Shown here piece after piece: positions 60,478 through 64,000 of a stretch of DNA of 64,000 nt (its first letter is position 1; every line of letters starts with the position of its first letter). The stretch spans positions 190,528,001-190,592,000 of the forward strand of contig NC_086097.1 of NCBI RefSeq assembly GCF_963921235.1, given 5' to 3'. The notes below the pieces were generated by a model. The model was not told the origin of the DNA. It saw nothing but the letters and a program-made list of their open reading frames with translations, and did not search any database. The stretch comes from Mobula hypostoma. Taxonomy: Eukaryota. The position numbers were made by a program, and so were the translations under genes.

Positions 60478-62563
60478 GGATTGGTGATAACATCTCCTCG
60501 CTGGCCATCAACATTGATGCACCTTAGGGGTGTGTGCTTAGCCCACTGCTCTACTCTCTATATACCCATGACTGTGTGGCTAGGCATAGCTCAAATACCA
60601 TCTATAAATTTGCTGACAATACAACCATTTTTGGTAGAGTCTCAGGTGGTGACGAGAGTGCATACAGAAGCGAGATATGCCAACTAGTGGAGTGGTGTCA
60701 CAGCAACAACCTGGCATCTCAATGTCAGTAAGAGCTGATTGTGGACTTCTGGAAGGGTAAGACTAAGGAACACATAACCAATCCTCATAGAGGGATCAGA
60801 AGTGGAGAGAGTGAGCAGTTTTAAGTTCCTGACTGTCAAGGTCTCTCAGGATTTAACCTGGTCCCAACATATTGATGCAGTTATAAAGGCAAGACAGTGG
60901 CTAAACTTCATTAGGAGTTTGAAAAGACTTGGCATGTCAACAATTACACTCAGAAACTTCTATAGATGCACTATGGAGAGCAATCTGACAGGCTGCATCA
61001 CTGTCTGGTATGGGGGATGGGGGGCTACTGCACAGGACCGAAAGAAGCTGCAGAGGGTTGTAAATTTAGTTAGCTCCATCTTACTTACTTACTTACTTTA
61101 CTTCATTGTCACCAAACAATTGATACTAGAGCGTACAATTATCACAGTGATATTTGATTCTGTGCTTTGTAATCCCTGGAGTACAAATTGATAGTAAATA
61201 TTTAAAAAATTAAATTATAAATCATAAATAGAAAATAGAAAAGGGAAAGTAAGGTAGTGCAAAAAAACCCAGAGGCAGGTCCGGATATTTGGAGGGTACG
61301 GCCCAAATCCAAGTCAGGATCCGTTCAGCAGCCTTATCACAGTTGGAAAGAAGCTGTTCCCAAATCTGGCCATACAAATCTTCAAGCTCCTGAGCCTTCT
61401 CCCGGAGGGAAGAGGGACGAAAAGTGTGTTGGCTGGGTGGGTTGTGTCCTTGATCATCCTGGCAGCACTGCTCCAACAGCATGCGGTGTAAAGTGAGTCC
61501 AAGGATGGAAGATTGGTTTGTGTGATATGCTGGGCTGTGTTCACGATCTTCTGCAGCTTCTTCCGGTCTTGGACAGGACAACTTCCATAACAGGTTGTGA
61601 TACACCCTAGAAGAATGCTTGCTACGGTGCATCTATAGAAATCAGTGAGGATTTTAAGGGACAGGCCAAATTTCTTTAGCTTTCTCAGGAAGTAAAAGCG
61701 TCGGTGGGCCTTCTTGGCAGTGGACTCTGCTTGGTTGGACCAAGTCAGGTCATTTGTGATATTGACCCCGAGGAAATTAAAGCTTTTGACCTGTTCCACT
61801 TGCGCCCCACCGAAGTAAATGGGGTCGTGCGGTTCGCTACTCCTTCTGAATTCAACAACCAATTCCTTCGTCTTGCTGACGTTGAGGGATAGGTTATTGT
61901 CTTCGCACCATGCCACCAGGTTCTTAATTTCCTCTCTGTACTCAAACTCATCACTACTCGACATATGGCCTACAATTGCGGTGTCATCAGCAAACTTAAA
62001 TATTGAGTTTGATGGAAACTTGGCTACACAATCATGGGTGTACAGTGAGTACAGCAGGGGGCTGAGTACACAACCTTGTGGGACACTGGTGCTCAGAGTG
62101 ATTGCAGAGGAGGGCTTGTCCCCTATTTTTACAGCCTGGGTAGTAGCCTACAAACTACCCAGGAAATTTTCAAGGAGCGGTGTCTCAGAAAGGCAGCGTC
62201 CAATATTAAGGACCTCCAGCACCCAGGGCATGCCCTTTTCTCACTGTTACCATCAAGTAGGAGGTACAGAAGCCCGAAGGCACACACTCAGCGATTCAGT
62301 AACAGCTTCTTCCCCTCTGCCATCCGATTCCTAAATGGACATTGAACATTGAACCCTTGGACACTAACACACTTTTTTTTTAATAGTATTTCTGTTTTTG
62401 CATAATTTTTAATCTATTCAATATACATATACTGTAATTGATTTAGTTATTATTATTATTTTATTTTAGTTTTTTTCTTCTATATTATGTATTGCATTGA
62501 ACTGCTGCTGCTCAGTTAACAAATTTCATGTCACATGCCGGTGATAATAAACCTGATTCTGAT
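60478..62563 (+). mobile_element. Rex1/Babar LINE 3' half split by an antisense Rex copy
   Basis: LSPLLYSLYTHDC...KFADNTT; resumes at 62138; tail aataaacctgattctgat. Confidence 0.92.
61081..62137 (-). mobile_element. Younger Rex1/Babar subfamily insert with open 216-aa ORF end
   Basis: ORF 61314-61964 with WCEDNNLSLNVSKTKELVV, LPSGRRLRS; (TAAG)n tail at 61081-61100. Confidence 0.92.
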
Positions 62564-63259
62564 CTTCCATAGTTGGAGAGAACTTCCATGAATTGTGTGT
62601 TCTTGAATTTACCCAGAAACAGTTCTGTTTCTTTCAACATCTAGGTTTGTTAGTGGATGGCATTAACAAAGGACACAATATATGCAGCCTGTCTGTACTA
62701 ATCATACTCAAGAGACCCACTGATATTTTCCATTAGCTCATTTATCATCAATATATCAGAATGACGAGATTTGTAATTAAGACTTCAGATTCTATCATTG
62801 TATCATCAAGAATAGTTCATTATCTTTCTAACAGAAAATTCAAATGCATTCCAAAATAAAATATATCGACTCTGAAATATGAAAATTCCTAGCTTCTAAA
62901 ATAAAATATATAGTGGTAGTTGATAAAAGACTAAGAATGTTAAACTCCTTCACGTTTTCCTGTTACTGTATATTTCATCCATTTCTACTTAAGTAATATT
63001 TAATATGCGATAGCCGTAATTTATATCACAAATGTATAATGCTGCTGTATCTTCTGTAAACAGGGTGTGTTTTCCACCCTGGTGCAACTTAATATCAGCA
63101 ATAAGTGCAGAAAAACTCCTTACTTCGAATATCTCTGTTACAACTCAATAACTTATGCATTACGTGGCAATGCTTCAGAGTGATTCAGAATACATTAGAA
63201 TCATCCTGTACAGCATGAGTAATGATGGTGTTCAGGCAGATAAAATTCATTTGTTGAGT

Positions 63260-63420
63260 AGTGGACAAAGACGCTATTCTAAGTGGTTAAGTGGCTTCCT
63301 TATAATGATGGACAAAGATGTTTCCTATGTAAGTGGTCAACCCATTTGTTTGCAATGTTGTGCAATACTGTCAACTTTAATGAAAAATGGATTTGTGCAT
63401 TTACAAGTTAAATACCTCAT
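63260..63420 (+). pseudogene. Possible hAT (Charlie/SPIN-like) N-terminal zinc-finger remnant
   Basis: RRYSKWLSGF...GQPICLQCCAILSTLMK...HLQVKY. Confidence 0.4.
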
Positions 63421-63841
63421 TCAGTTACCCAGAGTGGTACACTAAACTAAGAATAGAGAAAAAGATAATTCCATAGCTGCAGATAAATATATTACATAAA
63501 CAGTCAACATGTAATAAAAAGACCTTTAACGAAGACAACATATGCAGGTTATCAAAGACAAAACAAAAATAAGTGTTTATATCAAATTATAGAACTTCCA
63601 ACCTGTTCCATAATGGGTACACACTGTCCTAGGGCAAATGTCTATGGGCTAGCTGAGGCATAAAACCCGTAAGTAGTGCAGGCAATTAAAGATAAAGAAC
63701 CAGGTATTGAAATTTAGAAAAATAGCTCTAAAATAATGGATTCTAAGTAATACACAATAAAACAGCTCAACCATAAAACCAATTTTAACTGCATTTTGGA
63801 ATAAAGTCAATACAATGAAACAACAAACTTGAGAGCAAGTA

Positions 63842-64000
63842 CAGAGGATTCCAGTTAATTGGGGCATCTGTTAATCAGGGCAGCTGCTCATTTGGGACAA
63901 CACTTAAAGAACAGAAACTAATCAAGAAAATAACTGAGATTTCCTTCATTTATTTGGGACACTCTGCTGTTTAATTGGGGCAAGAGACTGTTCCAAACAG
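63842..64000 (+). mobile_element. 5' end of a second Tigger-like element copy (runs off window)
   Basis: TA-CAGAGGATTCCAGTTAATTGGG; colinear with 23145-23305. Confidence 0.85.

Overview
Eukaryotic, AT-rich, repeat-saturated DNA with no host exon I can support. The mix of CR1, Rex1/Babar, Penelope-like elements (PLE), V-SINE/HE1-like SINEs, RTE, Tc1, Tigger and Gypsy suggests a cartilaginous fish, probably a ray (inference). Main contents: (1) a near full-length CsRn1-type Gypsy element (38263-42607) with a tRNA-Trp PBS, a GGGAAAC -1 frameshift site plus hairpin, and a PPT; (2) a decayed Mag-type Gypsy element and two solo LTRs with 4-bp TSDs; (3) about 12 PLE pieces, most carrying a minimal type I hammerhead ribozyme motif. 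Three are inverted-arm insertions with TSDs, and several are 110-140 bp inserts that start at the ribozyme edge; (4) a foldback mariner-like MITE, a 6-bp-TSD MITE, an IR/DR Tc1, and a Tigger hosting a multi-level nest. The apparently unique background also seems to hold very old plus-strand integrase modules (H2C2, DDE-core start, GPY/F) and possibly a Ulp1-like domain, a speculative Ginger-like fossil. All calls are by eye, with no database searches. Boundaries without a TSD are approximate.
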